Source: an uncultured delta proteobacterium | Lineage (GTDB): Bacteria; Desulfobacterota; Binatia; UBA9968 | NCBI GenBank assembly: GCA_963728565.1 | Contig: CAVSLC010000025.1 | Location: forward strand, 64,001 to 128,000 | Reading direction: 5' to 3' | Length of the DNA stretch: 64,000 nucleotides | In this document: positions 43,428 to 54,337 of the stretch, one piece after another | How the letters are laid out: each line of letters starts with the position of its first letter | Position numbering within the stretch: position 1 is the stretch's first letter | Notes under the pieces: model-generated | What the model was told of the DNA's origin: nothing | Database searches by the model: none | Seen by the model: the letters and a program-made list of their open reading frames with translations, nothing else | Program-made: the position numbers and the translations under genes

Positions 43428-44531
43428 TTATGCGCTGGCAGCTTTCTTTGATAACTGAGCATTCTCCACCCGTTCCTTCAACCGCGGGTAGAATCTCAAC
43501 GGATTGTCCCAAAAGATCTTGCGCTTGAGCTCGTCACTGACGTCTTTGCGGTTAATCAAATTCGGAATATCCTGGCTGAAGTCGCGCTGATCGCGTTCGT
43601 GCGGATAATCCGAGGCCCAGATGAGCGCATTGTCGTTGGCGACTTGCGCGGCCAGCGGTAGCGCCGACTCTTCGACTTCCACGGCGAAGAAGATATTTCC
43701 TTTCTTGACGTACTCGCTGGGTTTCATTTTACAGCGCGGCGAATAGTGACCTTTACGCTCCTGTTCCTCGTCCATTCGGTCCATCATGTAAGGCACCCAA
43801 CCGACGCCGCATTCGATGCAGCCGAAGCGAAAGTTTGGGAACAGCTCGAAAACTCCTTCGAACATCAAGGCGGTGAACTGGCGAATCTGGGCGAATGGAT
43901 GTTCCAGGGTGTGTCCGATGGTGAAGTTGTTCACCATATCGAGGCCTAGCGACGGCATGCTTAGCCCGCCATGGGTCGAAACCGGTACGTCCAGCCTCTG
44001 CGCTTCTTCCCAAAGCGGGTAGAATTCAGGACCGCTGTAAAGGCGTCCAGCCGGAGCGACAGCAGGCAGCACGGCGCCGACCATACCGAGATCGTTAACG
44101 CAACGGCGCAGTTCTTTAACCGCTTCGGCGATATCTTGGATCGGCAAAAGCGCGACCCCGACCAGGCGCGGGCTCACTGCCATGAATTTGTGGTAGAGCC
44201 AGTCGTTGTAGGCTCTCGCCATGCAAATGGCCCAGTCCCTATCCTGGATCGCTCCATGAGTGAGCCCCTGAGTCGGGTAGAGCACCGTCAGCTCAATTTT
44301 ATTTTTGTCGAGAAAGTCGAGCCAATGATTCGCCTTGGGGCCGTCGCCGCCGCCGGCCCAGCCACCTTTCTGACGCAACGAACGCAGGTAACCGTCCATG
44401 GTGAGGCCTGGCCAAAAGGAATAGCTCTGATGCCATTCCAGATCTTTGTAAGGCGGGCCGATGAATTCGCGCAGTTCGCTGTCAAGCTCCATGACGTGCC
44501 CGTCCGCATCGATAATTCGATACTCAGTCAT
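43428..44531 (-). CDS. Amidohydrolase family protein (Amidohydro_2)
   Basis: DADGH, VLYPT, AYNDW, IECGVGW and WASDYPH motifs. Confidence 0.9.
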   Translation of the reverse strand: MTEYRIIDADGHVMELDSELREFIGPPYKDLEWHQSYSFWPGLTMDGYLRSLRQKGGWAGGGDGPKANHWLDFLDKNKIELTVLYPTQGLTHGAIQDRDWAICMARAYNDWLYHKFMAVSPRLVGVALLPIQDIAEAVKELRRCVNDLGMVGAVLPAVAPAGRLYSGPEFYPLWEEAQRLDVPVSTHGGLSMPSLGLDMVNNFTIGHTLEHPFAQIRQFTALMFEGVFELFPNFRFGCIECGVGWVPYMMDRMDEEQERKGHYSPRCKMKPSEYVKKGNIFFAVEVEESALPLAAQVANDNALIWASDYPHERDQRDFSQDIPNLINRKDVSDELKRKIFWDNPLRFYPRLKERVENAQLSKKAASA

Positions 44532-44618
44532 CTTAGTCTCCTCTCTCAACCGTGCTATTCACAAATTTAATCCGAAAAGCGAGCGACCGGAATCTTCTTT
44601 TATCACTATGACGAGCCA

Positions 44619-45578
44619 TCATGTGCCGTGGGTGTTCTCAGCAAATAGCTCTTCAACCGTCAGTTGACGGCCGAGCATGCCCTGCTGGCCGGCGAACTTA
44701 ATCAGATTCTGCACGTCGTGATGGTTTTCTCTGAAGCCCTGATAGAAAGGGTCTTTACCGAAAAACTTCCGTTCTTCTTCCAAATACGAGCGTGCCCAGG
44801 CAAAACTGAGCCGGTGCGGTTGCTCCATAAACTCGTTGTACGCTTGACGTGACGCCACAAATGCTTCGTAGAGGCTGGTGGCCACCCAGGGATCGTTGTC
44901 GAGGATTTCCTTCTTGACTACAATCGGGTGCATGATCGGGAAAACTTTGGTCCGCTGGTAGTACTCTTTCTCCTCTTTTTCGAATTCCGGAAACAGCCGC
45001 TCGATGCTTCCTTCGTCGCGAATCCAGCGCTGCGGTAAATCCGGTTCAACCTCCGCATCGACCTTGCCCTCGACCAATAAATCCTCGAGCTTCCGTTGAC
45101 CCTCGACGAATTCCACTTTGATGTTCGGCGGAAGTTTAAAACCAACGTGTTCTTTGTTGACAATTACCCAGGTGACATCGGTGACCGACAGATCGTAGCT
45201 GTTCATCAGCATGCCTTTGGTGACCAGGGCGAGGGTGTTTTCGTAGCTGCGCAAGCCGATGCGGCCGCCTTTTAGATCCGCGGGCTTCTTGATCCCGGAA
45301 CCGGAGCGAATGAAACAGAACTTGTGCCCCCACATGCGGCGCGGAAAGAACGGGATGGCTTGCAGCCAATCCACGTCCCGGCCGCGGGCGACCAGATAGG
45401 AAGACATTGAGAACTCACAGGCATCGTACTCGCCGTATCGGAACATTCGCTCATGACGGATGCCGCTTTCAACCGTGATCAAATTTAGATCGATGCCCGC
45501 GACTTCAACCAGTCCGTCGCGCAAAGGCTGGAGATAGTCGTATTTGTCGCATGCCATCGTCAGCTTTAGTTTCGCCAT
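44619..45578 (-). CDS. PBP2-fold protein of the 4,5-dihydroxyphthalate decarboxylase-like family
   Basis: LTMACDKYD..PLRDG.V, CEFSMSSY, IPFFP.R and FPIMH motifs. Confidence 0.8.
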   Translation of the reverse strand: MAKLKLTMACDKYDYLQPLRDGLVEVAGIDLNLITVESGIRHERMFRYGEYDACEFSMSSYLVARGRDVDWLQAIPFFPRRMWGHKFCFIRSGSGIKKPADLKGGRIGLRSYENTLALVTKGMLMNSYDLSVTDVTWVIVNKEHVGFKLPPNIKVEFVEGQRKLEDLLVEGKVDAEVEPDLPQRWIRDEGSIERLFPEFEKEEKEYYQRTKVFPIMHPIVVKKEILDNDPWVATSLYEAFVASRQAYNEFMEQPHRLSFAWARSYLEEERKFFGKDPFYQGFRENHHDVQNLIKFAGQQGMLGRQLTVEELFAENTHGT

Positions 45579-45762
45579 TTCATCTCCCGGCAGATCGCTG
45601 AAAAAAACTCATATGCTTGTCTTGCCCGATCGTTCGGCTCGAACTCGTGTTTGTGTTCGGTGTTCGTGAAATTCTCAATCATCGTCATCGAGACTATCAC
45701 GGCTTTATCTGATTTCGATCATAGGTGCGGCGCCGGCCCAAGTCAATGAAAGGGCAGGTTCG

Positions 45763-45791
45763 TTGACAGGTCGCGGAGGCGGTGTTAAGGC
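45763..45791 (+). promoter_or_regulatory. Putative sigma70 promoter for the SDR pair
   Basis: TTGACA, 17-nt spacer, TAAGGC with a TG extension. Confidence 0.45.
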
Positions 45792-45950
45792 AGGGGCAAC
45801 ATTGTTAGAGCTGAATTATGAAAGCTGAAAACGGAAACAAGTCGCATTAGGAAGCAGTGATTCAGCTTTGGCTCTGCATAATCTTCGAGCAAGCATTCGT
45901 TTCAGTTTTCCGCTTTCTCTTTTCATAGTTTCCCACAGGAGGACTCGATC

Positions 45951-46697
45951 ATGCGTTTCAAAGATAAATCCGTGATCATTACCGGTGGCGGCGGAAAGAT
46001 CGGCAAAGCTTATGCATTGGCGTTCGCCAAAGAAGGCGCCAAAGTTTCGTTGCCGGATATCGCCAGCGCCGATCATGTGGTCAAAGCGATTCAAGACATG
46101 GGTGGCACGGCCATCAGCTCGGCATGCGATGTTTCCGATGAAAAGAGCGTTAAATTGATGGTCGACGAGACCGCCAAGCAGTTTGGCGGGGTCGATATTC
46201 TGGTGAACAATGCCGCGTATTTTATGACAGTATGGAAAGGGCCGTTCTGGGAGATGGCGGTGGATGAATTCGACAAGGCCATGGCCGTGAATGTACGGGG
46301 ATCTTGGCTATGCGCCAAAGCGGCATTTCCATATATGAAGAAGCAAGGGAAGGGCAAAATCATCAATATCTCCTCCGGCACCGCTTTGAACGGCAGTCCG
46401 AATTACATTCACTACGTCACTTCCAAGGGAGCAATCATCGCCATGAGCCGCGCCATGGCGCGGGAGCTGGGCGACTACAATATCTGCGTTAACACGGTGG
46501 CTCCGGGTTTTGTCGAGACCGAAGGGCGCCAGGTCGAGCCCGCGTTTAGCGCCAGCCGCGTGGCAAACCGCTCGCTGAAGCGGGTCCAGGTTGAAAGCGA
46601 CTTGATAGGAACCGTTCTGTTTTTGGCCTCGCCCGAAAGCGACTTTATGACCGGACAATTGCTGAACGTCGATGGCGGCGCGAACTTTACCGGGTAA
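45951..46697 (+). CDS. Short-chain dehydrogenase/reductase
   Basis: TGGGGKIG, NNA, YVTSK and TGQLLNVDGG motifs. Confidence 0.93.
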   Translation: MRFKDKSVIITGGGGKIGKAYALAFAKEGAKVSLPDIASADHVVKAIQDMGGTAISSACDVSDEKSVKLMVDETAKQFGGVDILVNNAAYFMTVWKGPFWEMAVDEFDKAMAVNVRGSWLCAKAAFPYMKKQGKGKIINISSGTALNGSPNYIHYVTSKGAIIAMSRAMARELGDYNICVNTVAPGFVETEGRQVEPAFSASRVANRSLKRVQVESDLIGTVLFLASPESDFMTGQLLNVDGGANFTG

Positions 46698-46800
46698 AAA
46701 CAGGGCTGAATGAATGAAAGCTAAAAACGCAACAAGTTGCATTCGGAAGCATTCGTTCAGCTTTCCGCTTTCACCTTTCACACTTCGGAAGGACTTTCTA

Positions 46801-47543
46801 ATGCGGTTCAAAGACAATTCCGTGATCATTACCGGCGGCGGTGGAAAGATCGGCAAAGCCTATGCGGTAGCCTTCGCTAAAGAAGGCGCCAAAGTCTCAT
46901 TGCCGGACATCGCCAGCGCCGATCATGTGGTAAAAGCGGTAACCGATATCGGAGGCAGCGCGATCAGCATGGCGTGCGATGTGACGGATGAGAAGAGCGT
47001 CAAGGCGATGGTCGACGAGACCGTCAAACAATTCGGTACGGTGGATGTTCTCATCAATAACGCCGCTTACTTCATGACTGTCTGGAAAGGGCCGTTCTGG
47101 GAGATGACGGTAGATGAATTCGACAAGGCGATGGCAGTCAACGTCCGCGGCTCCTGGTTGTGCGCCAAAGCCGCGGTGCCTTACATGCAGAAGCAAAACA
47201 AGGGCAAGATCATCAATATCTCTTCCAACGTTGCTCTCACCGGCAATCCCAACTACATCCATTACGTCACCTCCAAGGGCGCGATCATCGCCATGACGCG
47301 CGCGATGGCGCGGGAACTTGGCGATTTCAACATCAACGTGAATACGGTCAGTCCGGGCTTCGTCGTCACCGAGGGACGCAAGGTCGATCCCGAATACGAA
47401 AAGATTCGCGCCCAGCAACGCAGCATCAAGCGCTCTCAGATCGAAGACGATCTGGTCGGCACCGTCTTATTCTTGGCATCGCCGACAGCGACTTCATGAC
47501 CGGACAACTATTGAATGTCGACGGCGGATTTCACTTTACTTGA
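46801..47543 (+). CDS. Short-chain dehydrogenase/reductase, tandem paralog, frameshift near 47483
   Basis: Nearly identical N-terminal half to the upstream SDR; the C-terminus SDFMTGQLLNVDGGFHFT is in another frame. Confidence 0.9.
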
Positions 47544-47575
47544 TGCGCACCACCTTCCTGACTCAGGCTCTCTCA

Positions 47576-47938
47576 GTGAACTTAAAGCAAAGGAAGGGCA
47601 TCAAGATTGAGGATCTTAGTATCGGCGCCCGTCAAGTCGCAGAGCCTGGAAGCTTTGCCGTCATCAAGACCAGGGTTTTCTAAACCGAGGCGAGAAAATA
47701 GCCGGCTCCGATGATCAACCCGGCGACGAGTATCGATTCGAAGTCGGGCGGCGTGAATCCCACCGCCATGCTTGAAACTAGTGTCATAGGAATGCGCGAA
47801 GGCGGAACCAGGGAGGCGCGCGTGAGTCCGCACCTTGCTTATCGAGAAGGTACGGGCGATGGCCGGATCCCGCCGAATGCGGTAATACGATGGGTCATCG
47901 AGCTGGTTCGGGTGGAGGATGGCCAGATGACAGCGTAG
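47576..47938 (+). pseudogene. FKBP-type peptidyl-prolyl isomerase, frameshifted
   Basis: GIKIEDLSIG...AEPG at the start; GMREGGTRE..VSPHLAY and IPPNAV..W.IEL at the end. Confidence 0.7.
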
Positions 47939-48025
47939 TATCTTTCACTGTTGTTTACAGACTCTCATCCGCCGCATCATTTCAGCGACACAACAACTGA
48001 CTCTTAGAACCAGGAGGCAATTCCA

Positions 48026-48514
48026 GTGGCAAGAAAAACCGATTTCACTACGGAAGAATGGAAAACGATTGTTGCCGCTGCGCCAATGGTGGGACTAGCG
48101 GTTACATGTGCGAGCCCCAACGGTCCTTGGGGGGTGCTAAAGGAGATGTTATCGATGGGAATGGCTATGGCGGAGATGCTGCAAAAGGGCAGTTCCAATC
48201 CGCTAATTGCCGACTTGGCTGCCGATTTGAAAGAGCGGCAAACCAAACCGGAGCCTCCTCAGGGCATCAAAGATCCGGAGCAGGCAAAGGAGTTGGCGTT
48301 GAATCACATAAGGGCGGTCAATGATATCGTTAGCCGTAAGGCCAAAGCCGATGAAGCCGATGAGTTCAAAAAATGGCTGCTAGCCGTCGGCGAACGCGTT
48401 GCCGAGGCTTCGAATGAAGGCGGTATCTTCGGAATTGGCGGGGAGCGCGTCTCAGAGGCTGAGAAAAATGTGCTCAGGCAAATTGCCTTTGCGTTGGGGC
48501 TGCCGGCGAGTTGA
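48026..48514 (+). CDS. Hypothetical helical protein
   Basis: GGAGG RBS; FTTEEW, VAEASNEGG.FG.GG.RVSEAE. Confidence 0.75.
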   Translation: MARKTDFTTEEWKTIVAAAPMVGLAVTCASPNGPWGVLKEMLSMGMAMAEMLQKGSSNPLIADLAADLKERQTKPEPPQGIKDPEQAKELALNHIRAVNDIVSRKAKADEADEFKKWLLAVGERVAEASNEGGIFGIGGERVSEAEKNVLRQIAFALGLPAS

Positions 48515-48733
48515 CTCATTTACGATCAACAACTCTCATGAGTCCGGGATAATTGTCATTCTGGATCATCTCGACAGTTAACCATCCAGCGCAACCAGAT
48601 GATAGATTGGCTCCAGCCGCAGCAGTCAGGGCTAGATCGCGTCGGGCGAGATTTGCATCGTGGTAGAAGACCATCGGATTTCGTGTAACAGTATTGCGAA
48701 ACATAATTTTTACATATGGAGCGCGGAGGGAGT

Positions 48734-49324
48734 ATGGCGAGAATCAAAGGCGTGAGCGAAAGCGAAGCGAGTGATGAGGTGCGACAAATTTTTGAAGCGC
48801 AGAAGCAGCGCCAGGGCGTGGTTTCGAATACCGCGAAAGTCTATGCTTTAAGACCGACAATTCAGAGAGGAGTTCAGGCGCTGGCTCAAGGGATTCAGGA
48901 GTCAGGGCTCATTTCACCCGAGTTAAAGCACCTTCTCTGTGTTAAGACCGCCAATATCAACGGCTGCCCATTTTGAATTGACAGTAACGCATCCAGTGCG
49001 ATGCAAAATGGAGCTACTGCGGAAAAAGTCGAAGCAGTGCTGGGAGATTACAAAGAGAATCCGTTGTTTTCTTTACGGGAGCGGTTGGCGCTGGAGTTAG
49101 CCGAGCGGATGACCTACACGGAACGACGGGTTACGGATGATTTCTTCAATCGGCTCAAGGAACACTTCACCGACGAGGAATTGGTGGAATTAGCGGCGGT
49201 CATTGCTTTGGAAAATTTTCGTAGCAAGTTCAATCCGGTGTTCGGTGTTGAGGCGAACAATTTCTGTCCTCTGCCGCAGGTCAAAGAAGCGGCCGCTGTC
49301 GCGACTCGCCGATTCCACGAATGA
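48734..49324 (+). CDS. AhpD/carboxymuconolactone decarboxylase family protein with CxxU (in-frame TGA 48974-48976; candidate selenoprotein)
   Basis: ORFs 48716-48976 and 49001-49324 are in frame and read INGCPF-TGA-IDSN; later FSLRERLAL and HFTDEELVEL. Confidence 0.85.
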
Positions 49325-49515
49325 AAAGCGGCGGCAGTGATCCGCTGCTGCGCGAAGCGGCCTACAGGCAATCACGCGCAGCTCCAGATCAGCCGGGATG
49401 GAGAACTGTCAAAAACAAATTCTGGCGCGACACCTAGGTCCTGCCAAAGCCAGTTTTCTCACCGCCGTTTAAACCTAACAGATTCGGAACTTCGGCGCGC
49501 GCTCGTCGACGCACC

Positions 49516-52500
49516 TCAGTGTCTCGTTGGACTTTTTTGCGGATCTTGCAGCGAATCAAGCAACTTTTGCAGCGTTTCAAAATCAGCGGGTTTGGTGAGA
49601 TGGAAATCGAACCCCGCGGCTTGCGAGCGCTGGCGATCCTCGGCTTGGCCCCAGCCCGTTAATGCAATCAGCGTGAGATCTCCACAGTCCGGCAGCCGTC
49701 GAACTCTGCGCGCCAACTCGTATCCGTCCATGTCGGGCATGCCTATATCCACTAGCATCACGCCGGGCTGATACGTTGGGAGTAGCTCCAGCGCTGCGAA
49801 GCCATTGTAGACGGCCCGAGCTTCGGCTCCCGCCAAATTGAGCAGCTTGCCGAGACTATTGGCGGCATCACGGTTGTCATCGACCACTAACACCCGCTTG
49901 GAAGATAGCTGCCCGAAGTGACGCATACTGTCACGAACAATTTCGCTTTGGGCGTTCTCACCGAGCGGTAGACGAACAATAAATTCGCTGCCCTTACCCG
50001 GGCCTTCGCTTCGAGCCTCGACCTTGCCACCATGCATTTCCACCAGGCTGCGAACCAGCGTGAGCCCGATACCCAGCCCGCCCTGAGTTCGGCTGGTCGA
50101 ATGCCCGACTTGCGTGAACATTTCAAAGATAAGGGACAACATATCCGGCAAAATGCCGATACCGCTATCTCGCACCGAGATCACTACATGATCGCTCTCG
50201 CGCTGCGCGGCTAGCCAGATGCGCCCTCCAGGATTGGTATACTTGGCGGCATTATTGAGGAGGTTCGAAACGATCTGCTCCAGCCGTACAGGATCGGCTT
50301 CGAAGGTGAGCGGCTCCGGCGGCAATGAGATCGCCAGATGATGGCAGGCGTCCTCGATCAGGGGCATACTGACTTCGACCGCGCTCTGGATCACGCTCGT
50401 CAGTGAAACCCGCTCTTTGCGCAGTTCGATTTGACCGCGAGTGATCCGGGATATTTCCAGCAGATCATCGACCAGGCGCACCATCTGATTGACCTGCCGT
50501 TCCATCATCTCGTAAATCTTCTCGGTGCCTGGCTTGCAATCGCCGCTAAGCTGGAGGATTTGCAGGCTGTTCCGAATAGGGGCGAGCGGATTACGCAGCT
50601 CGTGCGCCAGAGTGTCGCGAGAAATTCGTCCTTGCGCCGGTCGGCCTCGCGCATCGCTTCCTGAGACTTGATGAGCTCTGTGATATCGGCGGAACTTCCG
50701 ACATAGCCGGTTACTTCGCCCGCGGGCCCAAGGCGCGGATTGCCGCGCGATTCAATCCAGCGCCATTGGTTATCATGCCGTTTAACCCGCGCCCGCGCAT
50801 GCAGCGGCTGTCGATCGCGCAGGGCGGCGCTGAATGCTTCGTAAGTATTCTCGGTCGTCGGAATGAACAATCTCCGACCATTCCAGCTGTGCGGCTCTTT
50901 CCCGGGTAATCCCAAAGAAGTCCAGATACGAGCGATTGACGAATTCAATGCGACCGGCGGCATCGGTTACCCAAATCATCATCGGGGAGCTGTCAGCCAT
51001 CGTGCGAAAACGTTCCTCGCTTTCGCGCAGCTTTTCTTCCGCCAATTTGCTCTCGGTGATGTCGATAATAAACTCGACGCCCTCATCTGCTTCGATCCGT
51101 GTGGCAGCGAACAAAGCCCACCAGCGCGATCCGTCCTTGCGGATGTATTCCTTTTCGTAGGGAATCGTCCGGCCCCTCATCTCGAACTCCTCCACCGCCT
51201 CGCAGCGATTGCGGCATCCACTCCGGCGGAGTCAGCCTGTCCCAACGCACCAGCCCGATCTCCAGATCGCCCCGGCTATAGCCGCTCATACGCAGGAAGG
51301 CGTCGTTGGCATCGGTGATGCGGCCATCGGTCTTGAAGAATATCACTCCCACCGTTTCAATCTGTATCGCGCGACTCAGTCGCTCCTGAGACGCTTGTAG
51401 CGCTTGCTCGGCCCGCTTGCGATCCTCGATGTTCTGAACGATGCCGACGAAGCGCGCCGGGTTGCCGTGCGCATCGCGCACCACTGTGCCATTGCAATGG
51501 ACCCAGAGATACCCGCCGCCGGCGGCTCTCAGCGCGGCACTCAGCCGAGAAGGTTCCGGTTTGTTCAAATGCCGGCAGCGAAGCTTGGATGACACCTTGG
51601 CGATCATCCGGGTGAATCACGGCAGTCGCGCCGGCGACCGAAAAGTATTTTTCCGGCAGTGTCTCATAGCCGAATAGTTGCGCCATGTTCTCCGAGTACT
51701 TGATCGTTCCGGTCAATAGATCGACGTCCCACGCGAACACACCGGCAGCTTGCGTCGCCAGTCGCATGCGCTCCTCCGCTTCGTAGAGCTTTTGTTCAGT
51801 TTCCTTGCGCGCCGAGATGTTGCGGAAAATGGCGCTGGCACGCGGCGCCTGGCCGGCGGCGCGCCGCAGCAGGCTGACGTTCAAGTGGTTCCAGAAAGTC
51901 GAGCCGTCTTTGCGCAGCAACTTGGTTTCGATGGAGATCGCCGGGATCTCGCCTCGCGATAGTTGCTGCAGTAAAACCGCGGTGGTCTCGCGATTCTCCG
52001 GATGCGTCAGTTCGCTGACAGTGCGCAGAGTCAGTTCTTCCGCGGAGTAGCCTGTCATCTCGCACATTTTGCGGTTGACCCGAACGAATCGGCCGGTGAG
52101 CGGCTCGACCTGACATTGGCCGACACTCGAGAGCTCAAACATGGCACGGAATTCTTCTTCGCTTTCAGGCAGCTTTTCTTCCGTATGCTTCGAAGCGGCG
52201 GCTTCGACCGTGCCGATCATTCGTAGGCTGCGGATGCGAAACGGGACAGGTCGGTGAGCAGCCGCGCGTCCTCTGCATCGAACTTCCGTTCCGGACTATG
52301 AGTCAGAACCCACAAGGTGCCGACCGGTTCGCCGGCGCTGTGAAATGGCACTGAGAGATTTTCAAAGATCGGCAAGTTCATTTCGCGGAGAGCGACGAAA
52401 TGCCGTTCAGGGCGCTCGAACAGAAGGACAGAGGCGCGCTCGAGCACGGTTGCGCACGGGCACGCCTCGCGCGGCATCGATGTGTTGATGTTTGGCGCGA

Positions 52501-52780
52501 TAACGTCCGGCTACGGCGCGCCAACGGAACACGCTGGCGTCCTCGGGTGATTCCAGGACGCTGATCCCGGCGGAATCGGCATGGCACAGCTCGAGCGCCA
52601 TGTCCGCCAACTTTTGCAAGAAAGCCCGCGGCGCTTCGTTCATGGCCTGCGTCAATGCGATCAGAGCTCGGTTCTCGGCCGCATATTCGGGGGTACGCGA
52701 GACACGCCGGAACAGCTCAGAGGTGTTAAGAACCTGATCGAGAGACAACCGCTCTCGTTTAACTCTGCACTTCGATGATC
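49516..52780 (-). CDS. GAF/multi-PAS hybrid histidine kinase-response regulator, multiple frameshifts
   Basis: Consecutive fragments: GAF, several PAS/PAC domains, [24 protein letters not shown], and a REC domain (VVDDN, DIGMP, TKP). Start approximate. Confidence 0.85.
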
Positions 52781-53150
52781 CCCATCGTTGTCGCCTTACG
52801 GGATTTTGCCGACTGCAAGTGATTCTTAGATGATCGTGCAGTCCAGTGTAAGGAATTTGTCTGACGGTCAGAAGCATTTCCTCTGTCGACAACGAAGCCC
52901 CATGTCGTCGGCAGTATCAGGAAAGTTGCTCTGTCCCCTGGTTGGTTGTCCGGTCGATATCTTCGTCGACACCACCGCAGGATGATTAACTGAGTTGGCA
53001 GGTGGGAGATTATTCTCTACAACGTGCCGGATGGGTTGTAAAGATGTAATCTCGACCGAATGGAGATGCGTCGGGTCCAGACATTGGCCGTTAGTTGCGG
53101 TTAATGTCGCTACGCGACTCGTACTGACGGATCTATCTCGAACCCGCCAA

Positions 53151-54164
53151 CTAGCGCTTTTTATACAGCCCGTCGATAAAACCGTTGTCATCGAACTCTT
53201 TGATCAGACTCATATCGACGAAATCTTCCGGGCGCGCGGCGCGCGCTTTGGCGTCTTTCTCGCCGAGCTCGGCCAGCGCTTCTTTGACGGAATCGAGTGA
53301 TGGATACGGTTTCTCCGGCACCAGGCGAGAGAAGAATTGATAGCTGTCCTCCAAGGCGTCGTTATCGTTGGTCTTGACATATTTTCCGATCACTTTTTTG
53401 CTGAATTCCTTGTCGGTCTTATAGAGGTGGATGCCTTCGAGCAGGGCTCGGGTGAATTTACGCGCGGTGTCGCGCTTTTCACGAATGTAGGAGATCCGCG
53501 ATGCGACAGGGGTGGTCGGATAGGCGCCGCCGAAATCCTCAGGTTGGGCGATGATGTTCATATTGAATTTACGAGCCATATTGGTCACCGGCGGTTGCGC
53601 GACCATGCCGTGCACCTGTTTGGTTTGAATTGCCGCGAGCCGAGTGGGTTGCCCGCCGGGGATCTGCAAAATCGCCACGTCGACGTCGGGCTTCAAACCC
53701 CATTTGAGCAGTATCTTTCTGGTGGCATAGTCCGAATTGGAACCGAAACGGCTGACCGTGAGCTTTTTGCCTCTCAGATCTTCCGGCCGTTTGATCTCCG
53801 GCGAAACCACCATGCTGTAGGCGAGAACGTTAAGCAGCCCGCTGATCAGGGTTACGTCAGCTCCTCGAAGCTTGGCGACAACGGGGGCGTTGCCGCCGAC
53901 CTGGGCGATGGGCAGATCGCCGGACATCATCGCCTGGGTCGCTCTCGAGCCGCCGTCGAGGTAGATCATGACCACGTCAAGGCCGTTTTTCTCGAACAGT
54001 CCGGCCTCCTTGGTGATCCAAAATGGCGCTTGCGAGCCGGCGACCGCGCTCCAGCCAATCGTAAGGTTTTCTAAAGGTGCGGACGCCGCTATAGAAATTT
54101 TCAATTGCGACAGCAACGAAAGCAGCATCGTCAAACTGGCCGCAATGATTCTTGTGCGTTTCAT
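53151..54164 (-). CDS. ABC-type substrate-binding protein, NMT1/SsuA-like
   Basis: Signal peptide, GLFEKNGLDV and DLRGKKLTVSRFGS motifs. Confidence 0.88.
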   Translation of the reverse strand: MKRTRIIAASLTMLLSLLSQLKISIAASAPLENLTIGWSAVAGSQAPFWITKEAGLFEKNGLDVVMIYLDGGSRATQAMMSGDLPIAQVGGNAPVVAKLRGADVTLISGLLNVLAYSMVVSPEIKRPEDLRGKKLTVSRFGSNSDYATRKILLKWGLKPDVDVAILQIPGGQPTRLAAIQTKQVHGMVAQPPVTNMARKFNMNIIAQPEDFGGAYPTTPVASRISYIREKRDTARKFTRALLEGIHLYKTDKEFSKKVIGKYVKTNDNDALEDSYQFFSRLVPEKPYPSLDSVKEALAELGEKDAKARAARPEDFVDMSLIKEFDDNGFIDGLYKKR

Positions 54165-54337
54165 GTTGTCTCCTGCTTTTTCAGTGCGAGAGTGCGTGGA
54201 GTCACGATGATCGTATCTGGGCTGTCCGATGGAGTTGAATAACCCGAGTCGCAGATCTGCGCGCTCAACATACCACAATGCTACTGCCGGCGATCTTCTT
54301 GAACGTTGAACGGTTAAACTTTGCACGTTGATGAGCG

